Part shown: positions 26,269 through 40,700 of the stretch, piece by piece
Layout: each line of letters opens with the position of its first letter
Numbering within the stretch: position 1 is the stretch's first letter
NCBI RefSeq assembly: GCF_030684315.1
Contig: NC_081387.1
Span: 25,476,647 to 25,540,646 of the forward strand
Length of the DNA: 64,000 nt
Direction: 5' to 3'
From: Stegostoma tigrinum
Lineage: Eukaryota
Notes under the pieces: generated by a model
Databases searched by the model: none
What the model saw: the letters and a program-made list of their open reading frames with translations, nothing else
What the model was told of the DNA's origin: nothing
Made by a program: the position numbers and the translations under genes

Positions 26269-26583
26269 GGGCAGCATGTTGGCTCAGTGGTTAGCACTGC
26301 TGCCTCACAACGCCAGGGACCCGGGTTCGATTCCTGCCTCGGGCGACTGTCTGTGTGGAGTTTGCACATTCTCCCCGTGTCTGCGTGGGTTTCCTCCAGG
26401 TGCTCCGCTTTCCTCCCACAGTCCAAAGATGTGCAGGTTAGGTGGATTGGCCATGCTAAATTGCCCGTAGTGTTTAGGGGTGTGTGGGTTATAGAAGGAT
26501 GGGTCTGGGTGGGATTATTCAAGGGGCAGTGTGGTCTTGTTGGCCAAAGGGCCTGTTTCCACACTGTAGGGAATCTAATCTAA
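26269..26583 (+). mobile_element. HE1-like tRNA-derived SINE, full length
   Basis: Pol III A box tggctcagtgg, B box ggttcgattcc, central tgtgtggagtttgcacattctcccc domain, LINE-like 3' tail ending aatctaatctaa. Confidence 0.85.
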
Positions 26584-26654
26584 CCATCTCCTCTGTCTTC
26601 ATGTCAACCAAAAGTCCATTCTCATACTCTACCTAAAACAAAGAAAGGCAAGAC

Positions 26655-27390
26655 TTTTCCAAGTAAAAGTAGAGTCTTGGTCAGTGTTGAGGAACAAGGA
26701 GACCTAAGGGGTCAGGTACATAATTCTTTGACGTTTGCATCACATGTAGATTTTGAGCACACTTGCCTTCATTGCTGTGTCCTTTGGAGTACAGGAGTTG
26801 GAACATTGTGCTGAGGTTGTACAGGACGTGGTGAGGCCTCTTCTGGAATACTGTGTCCTGTTCAGGTCACCCTGTTACAGGAAGGTTATTATCAAGATGG
26901 AGATGGTTCAGAAGAGAATAACCAGGATGTTGCTGGGAATGGAGGGTTTGGATTGTAAGGAAATGCTGGACAGGTTAGGGCTTTTTCGTTTGACTATAGA
27001 AAGTTAAGAAATGACCGTACAGAGATTTATAAAATAATGAGGGGTATAGTTGAGGTGGATGGCAGGTGTCTTTTACCTGAGATAGGAGATTTAAAGATTA
27101 GGGGGCATATTTTTAAGGTGAGAGGCGAGAGATTTATGTAAAACATGAGCGGCATTTTTTTCTTTCCAGAGAGAGTGGTTTATGTACGGAATTAACTTCC
27201 AGAGGAAGTGGGGAATGTGGGTACAGTTACAAATGTTTAAAAGTAATTTAGATAAGTACATGAATAAGAAATATTTCGAGGAATGTGGGTCAAATGCAGC
27301 AGGTGGAAATGGTTTAGTTTGAGTTTATGGTAAGCATGAGCTAGTTGGACTGAAGGGCTTGTTTTCATGCTGTATGACTTTCTGACTGTA
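26655..27390 (+). mobile_element. CR1-clade LINE 3' fragment
   Basis: ORF 26753-27007 VRPLLEYCVLFRSP...VQKRITRML, plus 3' tail; related copy at 61760-62410. Confidence 0.75.
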
Positions 27391-30300
27391 TCCCACCATT
27401 TCCTTTCTTGATACCCTTCATATTTTCTACATTCTGTTCACTTTGGTCATTATAAACCCTATACTTATTCAAACCCTCATTGCCTGTCTCCCTTTAATCA
27501 CTCTATCATGTGGCACTTGTATAAAGCACAGTTTCTGCCTCAGCTGGAGGACCGTGTCCAGTTCTGGGCACTGTACTTTTGCAACAATGCAGAGGCATCA
27601 GAGGGAGTGCAGAAAAGATTCATGAGATGGCTCCCGGCGTGAAGAAATTTGGTTCTGTAGGGAAATTGTGAAACTGTCTTCCCTGGAGATGCTTATGAGG
27701 AGATTCAAGTGATATTTTCAAAACCATGAAAGTTCTGGACAGAGCAAGTCAGGAGAAGCTGTTCCTATTGGCACAAGGATGATACAGAAGGATGGCAATT
27801 ACAGACAGTTAATAAAAGAAGCAACAGTGATAGGACGAATCATTTTCTCTTGCAGTGAGAGCTAAAATGCACTGCCCAAGATTATGACGGGGGCAGGTTT
27901 ATTCGAGGCACTCCAACAGGGTTTAGATGATGTTAGGAAATGGAGAATGTATGGGGACAGTGAGGACACAGTGGGAAACTGCCACTGACTGAATTTCTTC
28001 TTTGCTCAGCTAGCACAGAGTCACTGGGCCACAGTATGCTGCAATCCTTCTCTGATTCTGTGTCACCCTAAAAGCTCTGCCTTTGGATACCTTCCCTTAC
28101 CTCCTCTTTGGGGATGCATTCTTTCTGTGCCTGAGCCTACTTCTCTTTGAATACTCCCTCAGTTACTGCATTGCCAATCAATGTTGGATTCTGATCAAAT
28201 CTCCGAGAAAGCTGATGGCTTCATAATAACTTGATAACTGAGATTGATAGATTGTAGTTGGGTAAGGGATTATGGAGCCGAGGTTTGTAAATGGAGTTAG
28301 GATATTATCTCTTTGAATAGCAAGAGTTATGAGGGCTGAATAGACTCCTCCTATTCTGTAGTTGATCTGGGCCTAGTCCAGCCCAATCTATACCTGATCT
28401 TTACATGGTCTAGTTCAGTCTGTGCCTGATCTGTACCTAGTCCTGCCCAGTCTGCATCTGATTTTTACCCAATCCAACTCAGTCTGTACCTGGTCTGTAC
28501 CCAGTCTGGCCCAGCCAGTAACTGATCTGTACCCAGTCTGGGCTGGTCTACACCCAGTCTGGTCCAGTCTTGCTGTACACAGTCTGTGCAATGACTTTGC
28601 CTGTGACTTGGCCTTTGGGATATTGATGTATTTGAGAAGGACACTGTCCCTCCTAAGGGGCAGTTCAGGAGGGACACTACACATTGGTATAATGACCATG
28701 ACCACATCCTGTGAATGAATAAAGGAAGGCCTGCCTGGGACAGAAGCTTCCACTCTGAGCACGTGGTTTGGATAAACAGAGATCCTGAACAAGACTGGGC
28801 AGGATCGGAATGGGATAAAGCACGCGATCCAGCAGTGCTGCCAATGTATCGCTCAATTCCAGAACAATCAGCGTTGTTATCTTTCAGAGTTTGCCCTCAT
28901 CTGCCTCAGGCAGGGCCCCATGATGGTGATGCTTTGGCTTCCGTGTTTATTGGATGAGTCACTTTATAAACAGCCACGTTAGACCGAACACGTATCTCCC
29001 ACCACGCACAGCATATTTCCCACCTCTCCAAGCCCCAGCTTCCACCTCCTTCTCTGTCCTACCCACCAACATTAGCTGCTGCTTGTGGTGAGCAGTGCAA
29101 GAGACTCAGTTGTCTCTTTTTCATGCCTGTGTATTCTGGAGTTAAACCCAGAAAAAAAAAACAACAACTGGCATTGATTTAGCAGCTGTCACCACCTCAG
29201 GACTGAATTTGATGCTGATAAGTGTGGAGCTTCTATTGCCAGTCACTAGTTGCCTTTGAGAACGTGGCTGTGAGCTGCCTTCTTGACCACTGCAATCCAT
29301 GTGCTGTGGGTAGACCTATGTCATTAGGCATGGAATTCCAGAATTTTAATGCAGCGACCCTGAGAGAGTGGTGATACATTTCCAAGTCAGGATTGTGAGT
29401 GGTTCGGAGGGTACCCTGCAGTGGGTGGTGTTCCCATGTATCTGCTGCCCATACCCTTCTGGATGGAGCGGGAGGAAAGTGTCAGAATTACCCTGGAGCT
29501 GTCCGATATCAGTGGCAGAGAGTCGGATGGAGTGTTGAGGGCATTATTTCAGCTGCACAGAGCCAGGATTGTCAAAAGTTTTCCATTTTATATCTGATTT
29601 ACACAGCCTTCCCAGAATGTGCTGGGCAGAAAGAGCTATTCAGCCCAACTTGTTTCTCTGTGTGTCTCTCTCTTTGTCTCTCTCTCTCTCTCTCTCTCTA
29701 TCCCAGTCTATTGATATCATCTTCACTTCACTATCCCCCATACTTACCCAGATTCCCCTTCAACATTTCACCTGAACCAAGACAGGAGTGAAGTTGATAT
29801 CACACTGTGGTCTGATAAGGATGATACTGCAGCATTCCTATCAGATTTATGAGTAACTCTTGTTACGCAATGGAACGCAATGACCTTAAGGGTGGTAGAG
29901 GCAGAAACTCTCATAACAGTTAAGAAGTATTCAGTGTGCAATTGCAAGGCCAAAGTATACAGGGCTACAGGCCAAGTGACAGGAAATGGGACTCGGGAAG
30001 TTAACTGGTGGTTTTTGACCAGTGCAGATGCAATGGGCTGAAGAACATTGTTCTGTGCTGCACATCTCGATGAGTCAATTACATCCAGTCATGGTCCTGG
30101 AAAAGCATCTGATTTGAAAATAGCACCTCTGGCAATGCAGTGTACCCTCAGTGTGTTTTTGGGAATTGTCAACCTGCTTTAATATGCTGAAACAGGCATC
30201 TTGGACTCACGAGTTAGTGCCTCAGTGGGGAGGAGAATGCTTCCATCTATAGCCATGGCAGATGCCAGGAGGGGTCACCAGGGTGATTGAGGGAACCCTC

Positions 30301-30779
30301 ATGGTAGTTTGTAACCGGATGATGTTGACTTAGTACAGACTCAAAATGGAAGCTGAGAGATCTTGCTCAATGAAACATAAAGCAGAAAGTTCCTTCAGCA
30401 ACTAATGCCATTATACAGCAACTCCCAAACAAAAAGCAGCTCTTCATTTTCCTTTGCCTGGGTTGTGTTCGTAAATGTTTAGGCCTGTTGTCAAATGACT
30501 GCAAGTGAGGAGTGAATGACAAGTTGTTTTGTTTGTCCTTCCACGCCCTCAGCTTTGGCACATTAAGCTGCTGTCTGTCTCTCCAAGCCTTGGCTGATCA
30601 AATATACTTTTTCACTCAGTGTCCAGGAAGGTGGGGTGCATCATGTGCAAACCTGTGCTCATTGCAAGCTTAACTGTTTTGGCTGTTTGTCATAAACTGA
30701 ACGTTTTGAAGCTGGCTGAACAAGAATAGATTTTACTTGTAGTGTTAAGTTCAACCACTAGCCGATGTGGCATGTTCCT

Positions 30780-31845
30780 TTTTTTAATGTTTATTCACGG
30801 GATGTGGGCATTGCTGTCTGGGCCCAGCATTTATTACCCGCCCCCAGTTGCCCCTTGAGAAAGTGGTTGTGAGTTGCCTACTTGAATTGCTGCTGTATGT
30901 GCTGTGCATAGACCTACAATGCCCTTAGGGAGAGAATTCCAGGGTTTTGACCTACAACAGTGAAGGAACAGTCAGGATGGGGAGTAATTTGGAAGGGAAT
31001 TTGAACGGGGTGATGTTCCCATATATCTGCTGTCCTTGCCCCTAGGTGGAAATGGTCGTGGATTTGGAATGTGCTGTTTAAGTATTTTTGGTGAATTTCT
31101 GCAGTGCATCTAGTAGATTATAACGCTGCTACTGAGTGTTGGTGGTGGAGAGAGTGGATGTTTATGTATGTGGTGCCACTCAAGTGGGGACTGCTTTGTT
31201 CTTGATGATGCTGAAGCTTCGAGTGTGGTTGGAGCCACTTGCCGCCCAGGCAAATGGGGAGTATTCAATCACACTCCTGACTTGTGCCTTGTAGGTGGCT
31301 GACGGTGCTCAATGCAGGATGTCTGGTCTCTGACCTGCTATTGTAGACATTGTATTTACTATGGCTGTTGCAGTTCAGGTTCTGGGCAATGACACCCTCC
31401 CAGGAACTTGATTGCGCGGGATTCAGATCATAATACCATCAATTCAACATTCAGTGGCTATGTTTTGTCTTGTTGGAGATGGCCATTGCTGAGCATAAAT
31501 GTTACTTGCCGTTTTGCCACCCAAGTCGGAATATTATCCCGGTTTTACTGAAATCAAACATGGACTGCTTCAGCATCTGAGGGTTGGCAAATGATGCTGA
31601 ACATTGTGAAATCATCAGCAAACATCCCCACTTCTGACTATCTGATGGCGGCAAGGTCATTGATAAAGCAGCTGAAGATGGTTGGGCCTAGGACTCAATC
31701 CTGAGGAACTCCTGTAGAGATGTCCTGGAGCTGAGATAACTGAGCTCCAATATCTTCCTATGTGTCAGGCATGACTCCAACCAGTGGACTCCAACCCCGA
31801 TACCCATTGATGCCAGCTTTGCTTGGGCTCCTGATGCCACACTTC
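30780..31845 (-). mobile_element. Degenerate LINE (CR1/L2 group) 3' portion
   Basis: Homologous to 36890-37300 (cagctgaagatggttgg...ggaactcctgtagagatgtcctggagctgagat) and, inverted, to 39995-40700. Confidence 0.7.
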
Positions 31846-32010
31846 TCTATACTTAATAGCTTCTCTGCTGTTTCCCTATTTCCATTGTAAATTGTCCTGC
31901 CTTGGCCATTTTTTAAAGAAAGGAATCCTGTTCTTAGTCCCTCTTTATTTCTCAATCAAACTGAATAATATTACTGCTGCTCCTTCCCAATGAGGCCATG
32001 AATTAATCCT

Positions 32011-32754
32011 GTTCACCTGCACATCTGCCAATGTGGTATACTGTATCTACTATACCCATTGTGCTTTCCTCTACATTGGGGAAAACAAGCAGAGGCTTGG
32101 GGCCCGCTTGGTTCGCAATTAGCAACTGCACCTCCCAGTCGCGAACCATTTTAACTCCCCCTCCCATTCCTTAGACGACATGTCCATCCTGGGCCTCTTG
32201 CAGTGCCACAATGATGCCACCTGAAGGTTGCAGGAACAGCAACTCATATTCCGCTTGGGAACCCTGCAGCCCAATGGTATCGACGTGGACTTCACAAGCT
32301 TCAAAATCTCCCCTTCCCCCACTGCATCCCAAAACCAGCCCAGCTTGTCCCCTCCCCCCACTGCATCTCTAAACCAGCCCAGCTCATCCCCACCTCCCTA
32401 ACCTGTTTTTCCTCTCACCTATCCCCTCCTCCCACCTCAAGCCGCACCTCCATTTCCTACCTACTAACCTCATCCCACCCCCTTGACCTGTCCGTCTTCC
32501 CGAAATGAGCTATCCCCTCCCTACCTCCCCACCTATACTCTCCTCTCCACCTATCTCCTCCTCTATCCATCTTTGGTCCACCTCCCCCTCTCTCCCTATT
32601 TATTCCAGAACCCTCACCCCACCCCCCTCTCTAATGAAAGGTCTAGGCCCGAAACGTCAGCTTTTGTGCTCCTGAGATGCTGCTAGGCCTGCTGTGTTCA
32701 TCCAGCTCCACACTTTGTTATCTCGGATTCTCCAGCATGTGCAGTTCCCATTAT
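32011..32754 (+). mobile_element. Penelope-like GIY-YIG and 3' tail fragment with mutated hammerhead
   Basis: Aligns with 18480-19260; the hammerhead core reads ctaatga at 32631. Confidence 0.85.
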
Positions 32755-33679
32755 GTGTGATCCCAACATTAACCTGCAGACTCTGGATATCTGGCACAAT
32801 GACATTATCAACACTACAAAGCCTCAAGGGCCGGAAACTGAACTGAAACAAAGCTCGGGGTGCAGAGGGCACAGATGTGTACGTGATCGCAGCCACGTTG
32901 TTGAATCGGTTTCTCTCCTTCCTCCAGCCGGCTGAATCAATCACTTTGTGCTCTGATAGTAACTGGGTGGAGCGTGTCAAACAACAGTTTCATCTCACAG
33001 TTAATACCAAGTAGGGACACGGGCTGTGGCAGCACTGATATCTGGAAGCTGTTTGCTGGAGGCTAACAACAGCAACTTACAGCAATATAGCACCTTCACC
33101 GCAATAAAATATCCCCGAGGCTCTCCACAGGAGCTTGATAAGCGAAATGACAGCTGCGCGAGGGTGATATCAGGGCAGATGGTGTATGAAGGAGGTTTTA
33201 AGCAGACTTTTGCGAGGAGGGAAATGAATCAAAGAGGAGAGGTTCAGCGAGAGACTCTCGGGGTTTTCAGGGCTAACGAGCTGGGTCTCAGTAATGACAG
33301 AGAAATAAATGCACAGAAGGTCAGGAGAGATCGCAGGGAATAAGGTCACAGAGACGGAAGAGAGCCACAAATTGAGCGAACTAGGCCCTGTCCAACCAAG
33401 GCTCCGTGTAGGTCAGTGAGCACGGAGTTTTTGGACAATCTTCAGTGTACGGGAAACGGGACAGTCACAACTAGAAGTTAAAATACTGCAGCAATGAGGA
33501 TTTCCACAGGGGACACGCTGATGCAGGACCGAAGTTGGGCAATAACATGGGGGCAGAGAAGGCCTGCCACAGTGATGATGGCTAACCTCGGGAATATACC
33601 ATAGGCTGGTACCGTCCGGCAAGAGTGGGACGCAGTCAGTAGCTCTGGAATTGGATCCTGGTCTGGGTGGAAGAGTTTT

Positions 33680-33757
33680 CTGATGAAGGGTCTAGGCCCG
33701 AAACGTCAGCTTTTGTGCTCCTAAGATGCTGCTTGGCCTCCTGCGTTCATCCTCCAG
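33680..33757 (+). mobile_element. Isolated Penelope 3' hammerhead module
   Basis: CTGATGAagggtctaggcccGAAACGTC at 33680-33707 followed by the Penelope tail. Confidence 0.75.
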
Positions 33758-33915
33758 CTTTCTCGATATTTGTTGTGAAGAGGGTGGAATCTATTTGAAG
33801 TTAAGACGACATCTCAATGATGCGGGTTTGGAGTCACATATAAACCAGACTGGGTAAGGATGATGATTTTCAATTCCTATTCAACCAGATAACAACCGTA
33901 GGAGAAAGCAGTGAG

Positions 33916-34200
33916 TGGCCCAGTGGCTCAGTGGTTAGCACTGCTGCCTTACAGTGCCGGGGACCTGGGTTTGATTTTGCTCTCAGGTGAATGTCTGTGT
34001 GGAGTTTGCACATTGTCCCTGTGGTCTGTGTGGGTTTCCTCTACAGCCCAAAGATGTGCAGGTTAGATGGATTGGCCATTGTAAATTGCCTATCGGATTG
34101 GACATGGGAAATGCAGGATGGGGTGGGTCTGGGTGGGAGGCTTCTCAGAAGATCAGTGTGGGCTGAATGGCCTACTTCTACACTGAAAGGATTCTATGAA
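33916..34200 (+). mobile_element. HE1-like SINE, degenerate
   Basis: gtggctcagtggttagcactgctgcc head and ctgtgtggagtttgcacatt body. Confidence 0.75.
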
Positions 34201-35574
34201 AGAAAGCCGGAAAAACCTGACAACATTTGACAAGAGGGAAACAAAGCAAACATTTTGAGCCTGGAATTACTTCTTCGAAGCTGGAAAGTAGATTTTGTTT
34301 CACAATATTGACGAAGGCAAAGGAGGAGCAAGAGTGTAGATGGTATTGGGGGTGGGATGAAAAAGGACAAAGGAGTTGTTAATGGTGAGGAAAGGAAAAA
34401 ATTGTCAAATCTGAAAAGGAGAGCATTTGTCCTTTCTACTCAGAACAAACAAGAAAAGATATGTGCGGAGGGAGTCGGAATTGTGAGGATGTGGATGGAG
34501 AAGTTAGGGGGAAATGAAAAACAGACATAATGTGGTCAGCTCCTGAAGGTATCCATTTCAGTAATGAGAGGGTCCTGGGCTGGATCCAGGTGGGATGCTC
34601 TGCAGAGGGACAGCAAAGTCTTGATGGGCTAAATGGCATCTTTCCACACTGTAGGGATTCTGATTGTCTGATTGAAAGCTGTCCATGTTGGAGAGGGAAC
34701 TGAATGTTTTCTTCATGGCAAAGAGGCTATTCCAAGAGGAACTGAAGGATATAAACAGAATGGACAGTTACAACGTTAACTAGACCATGGTCCCAGTCAA
34801 ACAGCACAAACGTACTGTGCACTATCTTTAGTGGATTGAGATGAGGAATAAATGTTGGTGATTTGTGTGACTTTGGAAGGGCAAAGGCTTTGCAGCTTGC
34901 CAAATTATCTCATTTGTTGCCTCAGGATCTTTGACCATCAGAGCTTTACTCAAACTCCCAAGGAGATGGACACATTTATCTGTTTTGATTTAATTCATTC
35001 CTGGGCATCGCTCGTGAGGCCAGAATCTACGAGCCATCTTTCATTGGCAATGGGAAGGTAGTGAGCTGCCTTCTTGAACGGCTGCTGTCTACCTGAGGCT
35101 GGCTATTAAAGCCGGGGGAGGGTGGGGCGTAGACTGCTGTTCATTCTGCACTTCTCCCCCCGCCTCACCACCCCCCCACCCCACCCAGATATTGGTTGTG
35201 AACCAACATCCTTTAAAAAGGAGTTGCGCTGTCCCTCAGCAACACACCTCAATGCCGATCCCTCCCTGCAACGATGAAGCCAGTATGATCCCAGACTTGG
35301 ATTATTTCCAGAGATTTGGATGGGGGAACATTGGGGAGACCTCAAGAGCAGTGAAAGTAGTGGGGTCTGTAAAAGAATTTGGAGTTTGATATCAAGAGGT
35401 GATGAGTGTCCTAAAGGAGATGGTGATGCCCACTGATGCGTAAAAGGCACCACCCCCTTTCCATCCCACCTTCATAGTTTGTTTGTGAAAGTATTGGCTG
35501 ATTAATTTCTTCCATTATCCTCACTGCAAACCATCACCTGATGCTAGCCCCGAACCAGCCATTCATTGGTCAAT

Positions 35575-36685
35575 GATTTGATTTGATATGATTTATTGTA
35601 GTCACATGTACCTTAGTACAGTGAAAAGCTTTGTTTGTGAGCAGTACAGGCAGATCATAGAGGAGAAGGGCATACAGATCATAGGGTGCTTAGACAGAGT
35701 GAGGTATACAGGATACACTTCACAGGAAGTGCATGAAGCAAGGTCAACATTATTTTGACATTATTAGAGAGTTCATTCATCAGTCTAATCATGGTAAGGA
35801 AGAAGCTGTTCTTGAACCTGATGGTGCATGTGCTCAAGCTTCCGTATTCTTCTGCCTGACGGATGGGATTAGTGGAGAGCATTAGCAGGTGGGAGGGGTC
35901 TTTGCTGATGTTGGCAGCCTTTCCACAGCAACAAGAGGTATAAATGGAGAGAATGGATGGGAAATTTGCTTCTGTGATGGTCAGGGTTTGCATTCAATCT
36001 TCTGTAGGTTCTTACAGTCCATGACAGAACAGTTGCCAAACTCGGCCGGGATACAGCCCTAGAGTATGCTTTCAATGCTGCTTCTGTAGAAGTTGGTGAG
36101 GGACCTTATGGAGATGCGAAATTTCCTGAGACGCCTGAGGAAGAAGAGGCATTTTTAGGCCTTCTTGACCATTGCATCTATGTGAGAAGTCCAGGGCAGA
36201 TTGTTGTTTATCATCATTCTGAGGAACTTGACACTCCAATGTCTCAACTTCTACTCCGTTGATGTAGATGAGTGCATGAGCTCCTCCTCTCTTTATGAAG
36301 TCAATGATCAGTCCTTTAGTTTTGCTGACACTGAGAGGGAGGTTGTTCTCATTGCACTACAACACCAAGCCCTTTATCTCCCTTCTCTATTCTGATTTGT
36401 TGTTAGACATCCATCCCATTGCGGTGATGTCATCAGCAAACCTGTAGATGGTGCTCATTTGGGATTTGGCAACACAGTTGTGAGTGGAAAGGGAGTACAG
36501 CAGGGGACTGAGGCCGCATCCTTGGAGGGGCTCCAGTGTTGAATGTGATCGTGGAGGAGGTGCAGTTGTCTATCCTCACTGATTACAGTCTGTAGGTTGG
36601 GAAGCTGAGGAACCAGTTGCAGAGGGTGAAGCTGAGGCCGAGGTCTCGGAGTTTTGAGATAAGCCTGGAGTAGATAATGGTGCGG
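35575..36685 (-). mobile_element. Rex1/Babar-like LINE 3' fragment
   Basis: Minus-strand peptides KDPSH and IRFKNSFF (ORF 35679-35993); RT motif KFADD at plus-strand gtcatcagcaaac (~36429); microsatellite-like tail tgatttgatttgat at 35575. Confidence 0.6.
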
Positions 36686-36889
36686 GACATCATCAATAAC
36701 TGGGTGGCTAGTTGATAACTTTGTTGTTCATTGGATTTTGATGCTGGAGTTAGTTTTAAATCTTATTATTATAGTCATGGTTGGTGCAGTTCGGACTCTG
36801 GTCAATGATCACCCCCTGCCACCCCCACCCCCCTGCCCACTAAGTTGTTGCTGGAGGGGAATTCAATGTATGAATACCATTGAAACTTT

Positions 36890-37665
36890 AAAAGGAAGTT
36901 AGATTCTCTCTTATTGGTGATGGTCATTGCCTAGCATTTGTGTGGCGTAATTGCTACTTATCAATTGTCAGCCCAAGCCTGGATATTGTTCAGATCTTCT
37001 TTGAACACGGACTGCTTCAGTATCTGAGGACTTGTGAATGATGCCAAATGTTGTTCAATCATTGCGAGCATTCCCACTTCTGATGCTTTGATGGAAAGAA
37101 TGTCATTGATGGAGCAGCTGAAGATGGTTGGATCTAAGATACCACCCTGGGGAACTCCTGTAGAGATGTCCTGGAGCTGAGATGACTGACCTCCAACAAC
37201 CACGACCTCTTCCTATGTGTCAGGTATGACTCCAGCCAGTGAAGAGTTTGCCCCCGATACCCATTGATTCCCGTTTTGCTTGAGCTCCTTGATGCCACAC
37301 TCTGTCAAATGCAGCCTTGATATCAAGGGCTGTCACTCTCACCTCACCTCTGGAGTTTAGCTCTTTTGTCCATGTTTGAACCAAGGCTGTAATGAGGTCA
37401 GGAGCTGAGTGGCCCTGGCGAAACCCAAACTCAACATCACTGAGCAGGTTATTGCTGAGCAGGTGCTGTTTGACAGCACTGTTGATGACACCTTCCATCA
37501 CTTTACTGATGATTGAAAGCAGACAGATGCGACAGTAATTCGCTAGGTTGGATTCATCCTGCATTTTCTGTAAAGGATATATCTGAGCAATGATTCACAT
37601 TGTTGGCTAGATACCAGTGTTGCAGTTGTATGAGAACAGCTTAGCGAGAGGAATGGCAAATTCTG
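36890..37665 (-). mobile_element. LINE reverse transcriptase fragment (CR1/L2 group)
   Basis: ORFs 37220-37564 (FGFRQGHSAPDLI...ALDIKAAFDRVWH) and 36961-37203 (GVPQGGILDPTIF). Confidence 0.88.
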
Positions 37666-39994
37666 GAAATTAAATGATGAAAATTAAAGAATGCCCAATC
37701 CAACTTGGGGAAATGGATGAGTTTGCTGTGTACACACTTCATTAAAATATCACGAAACTGTAGAAAAAGTAATCTGAAGCACCAATGGAATGCTGGCCTT
37801 TAAATCCAGAGAACAACTGACAGAAGCAGTGCTTCAGCCAACATTCTTTTGACAGCATGTTCCAAACTCACAATTTCTACCACCAAGAAGGACAAGGGCA
37901 GCAGATATATGGGAATACCAGCCCCTGCAAGCCACTCACCATGCTGAAATGGAATATGTCACTGTTCCTTCAAAATCCTGCACTTTTCTCTTGAACGGAT
38001 TGTGGATCTGCTTATACCATTCAGAAAGTAGTGGTTCAAGTGGGCTGCTTACCAATGGCAGATACAGGAAGGGAATCAAATGTCAGGCTTACTACCACCC
38101 ATACCCCAGGAATTGTGGCAAAAAGAAAACCATCTCAAAGCCCTGTTCCACCCACCTTGGGAGGATGGTGAACAGTCCTGACCTCCATGTTTGGAAAGAC
38201 TCATTGGCCTCATTGTGTGCAGTGTGGGTTTGCCTGTGTGATACATGGTTTCTGAGGGTTAAAAGGTGGAATTGATTGTAGAAGGTGAAGAGGTGACTTG
38301 AATGAAACTTTTCCAGGTATCAAGGGAGGCTGGCGGAACAAAATGTGAGAAGGCATTTTTGCTGAGTGCAAAACCTAGTACCAGGAAACTCACCCCGGAA
38401 GACAGATTCTGACCTTTCCGGAGGAAAATCAGGAAGCACTTCAATATCGAGGCAATGATGGGAGATGGGAGTTCTCTTCCAACAATGGTACTTGATCAAG
38501 TGTCAACTTTAGATATGAGTTTTATGTTTTTTTTGGTCAGCTCAGTGTAACAGCATAAAGGTCGGGGGGAAGGCTGCTCCATGAAGTTTTCCAGTCACAG
38601 ATCAGCCTGAATCCAATTGGCAGGCAGAACAGCTGTCTAACATCTGTCTCTATGCTAACAACAGAACTGAGGTGCAGCGTTGTGGTGCACCCCAGCCAGT
38701 AATGGGTGAGAATCGAGCAAATAGCAGCATTTATCCCATTGCCTTGGACCTGCTCTACATTTAATACGATCATGACTGATCTCATCTCGGCCTCAACTCT
38801 ACCTTGCTGCCCACTCTCCGCAAATTCTCATCCTGTTACTAATTAAAAATGTCTATCTTCTCCTTCAAGTTAATATTCAGCATCCATCGCATTCTGGGTG
38901 AGTGAATTTCACAGATTCATGACCTTTTAAGAGGAATAGTTTCTCCCCATCTTTATTTTAAATCCACTACCCCTTATTCTAAATCTTGTTCTAGATAAAC
39001 CCACAAGAAGAAATATCCCCTCTGCGTCTACTTTGTCAATCCCCTTTAGCTTCTTATATCCCTCAATCAGATATCCTCTCATTCTTCTAAACTCTAAAGA
39101 GTATAACCCTAAATTGCTCAATTTCTCATCATAAAACAAAACCCTCATTTATGGGATTAAGAAAATTGCAGCAATTTATGGGCAGAGTTGAGCTCGGTCA
39201 TTAGGAAATGATGACATTTTGGGCTAAGTTGTGGTGAGTGCGGTGTACCGAAAGGAAAGGAGGAAGTGAGGGCTGTGGCAACACACACTCAGGGAGAGCT
39301 GTGAATGTGAGTTGCATGGTATTGCATAGCTGGCTCATCAGGGAAATGCAGAAATCTTACTAATTACAGTGTTGTACTTCATTGTACCCATATCAGATGA
39401 TGTCATTAACTGTACACATCATCTGATCCCTGAAGCCCTCAATGATATTGTCAAGAATGTTGTAAGCATTCAGGGTGATACACTATGACACCTGAAGAAT
39501 TGTTCATGTGCAAATGTTCTTTGATAACACGGTCCTGAATCCTGAGATAATGGCTCAATCATTTGATAAATAAAAATTATTATTCCAATGCCTTGGTTTC
39601 TATGCAATGCAAATACAAAATGTGTTTTCATTTATGAACAGCAAATCGACTAGCATTTCAAATAATCCACAGTACTTTTCTCCTCCAAACCAAGAAAGAG
39701 AATTAAATACCTAATAAATATGTACTTCCTTGCTCAGTTAATAGACCTGAGGGAGACCAGTGCATACTCAGCTCACCACTTAAGCCGTCTTGTGAAGATT
39801 ATTCACTGATTGGTAATTTAGTTTTCTGATTGATTCTCTTCTTTGTGATTTACAACTGTGTATCAGGTTCTGTCAAATAAAACAGCAGGGTTTTTTTTTA
39901 ATCAGCCAGAATATAAAGCAACTCTGGAAAGATCTGGTTAGGCATTAGCTGTTCTGATGGTCCAAATGGCCTGAGCCATTAACTCTGTTTTCCT

Positions 39995-40700
39995 TGATAT
40001 GCAATGGTGTTACCATCACTGAATCCCCCAATATCAACATCCTGGGGGCTACCATTGATGAGAAATTCAACTGGACTCACCACATTAACACAATTGTTAC
40101 AAGAGCAGGTCAGAGGCTGGGAATACTACGGCAAGTAACTCACCTCCTGACTCCTCAAAGCCTGTCCCTATATCTACAAGGCACAAGTCAGGAGTGTGAT
40201 GGAATATTCCCCACTTTTTGCCTGAATAGGTGCAGCCCCAACAACACTCAAGAAGCTTGACACCATCCAGGACAAAGCAGCCGACTTCATTGGGCTCCAC
40301 TTCCACAAGCAGACACTCCTTCACCAACACTCAGTAGCAGCAGTGTGTCCTATTTAGTAGAAGCACTGCAGATGTTCACCTTAGATAGCTCCTTTCAAAC
40401 CTGTGATTTCTAATAACCAGAAGGACAAGGGCAGCAGATACATGGGAACACCACACCTGCAAGTTCCTCTCCAAGCTACTCACCGTCCTGACTTGGAAAC
40501 ATATTACTTCATTGTTCCTTCACTGTCACTGGGTGAAAATCCTGGATCTCATTCCCTAATAGTACTGTGGATCTAACTATAGTACATGGACCACAGTGGT
40601 TCAAAAAGCAGCTCACCGTGGCCTTCTCAGGGCAACTAGGAATGGGCAATAAATGCAACACTGACATCCAGCCCCACATTCACTTTAATGAATAAAAATT
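39995..40700 (+). mobile_element. LINE 3' fragment (same family as 30780-31845)
   Basis: ORF 39994-40260 NILGATIDEKFNWTHHI...AGQRLGILR, followed by the family 3' UTR. Confidence 0.75.

Noticed and set aside
26269-26345. tRNA gene
   Set aside because: The A/B boxes are the head of a multi-copy SINE and continue into the SINE body; no complete cloverleaf is evident.
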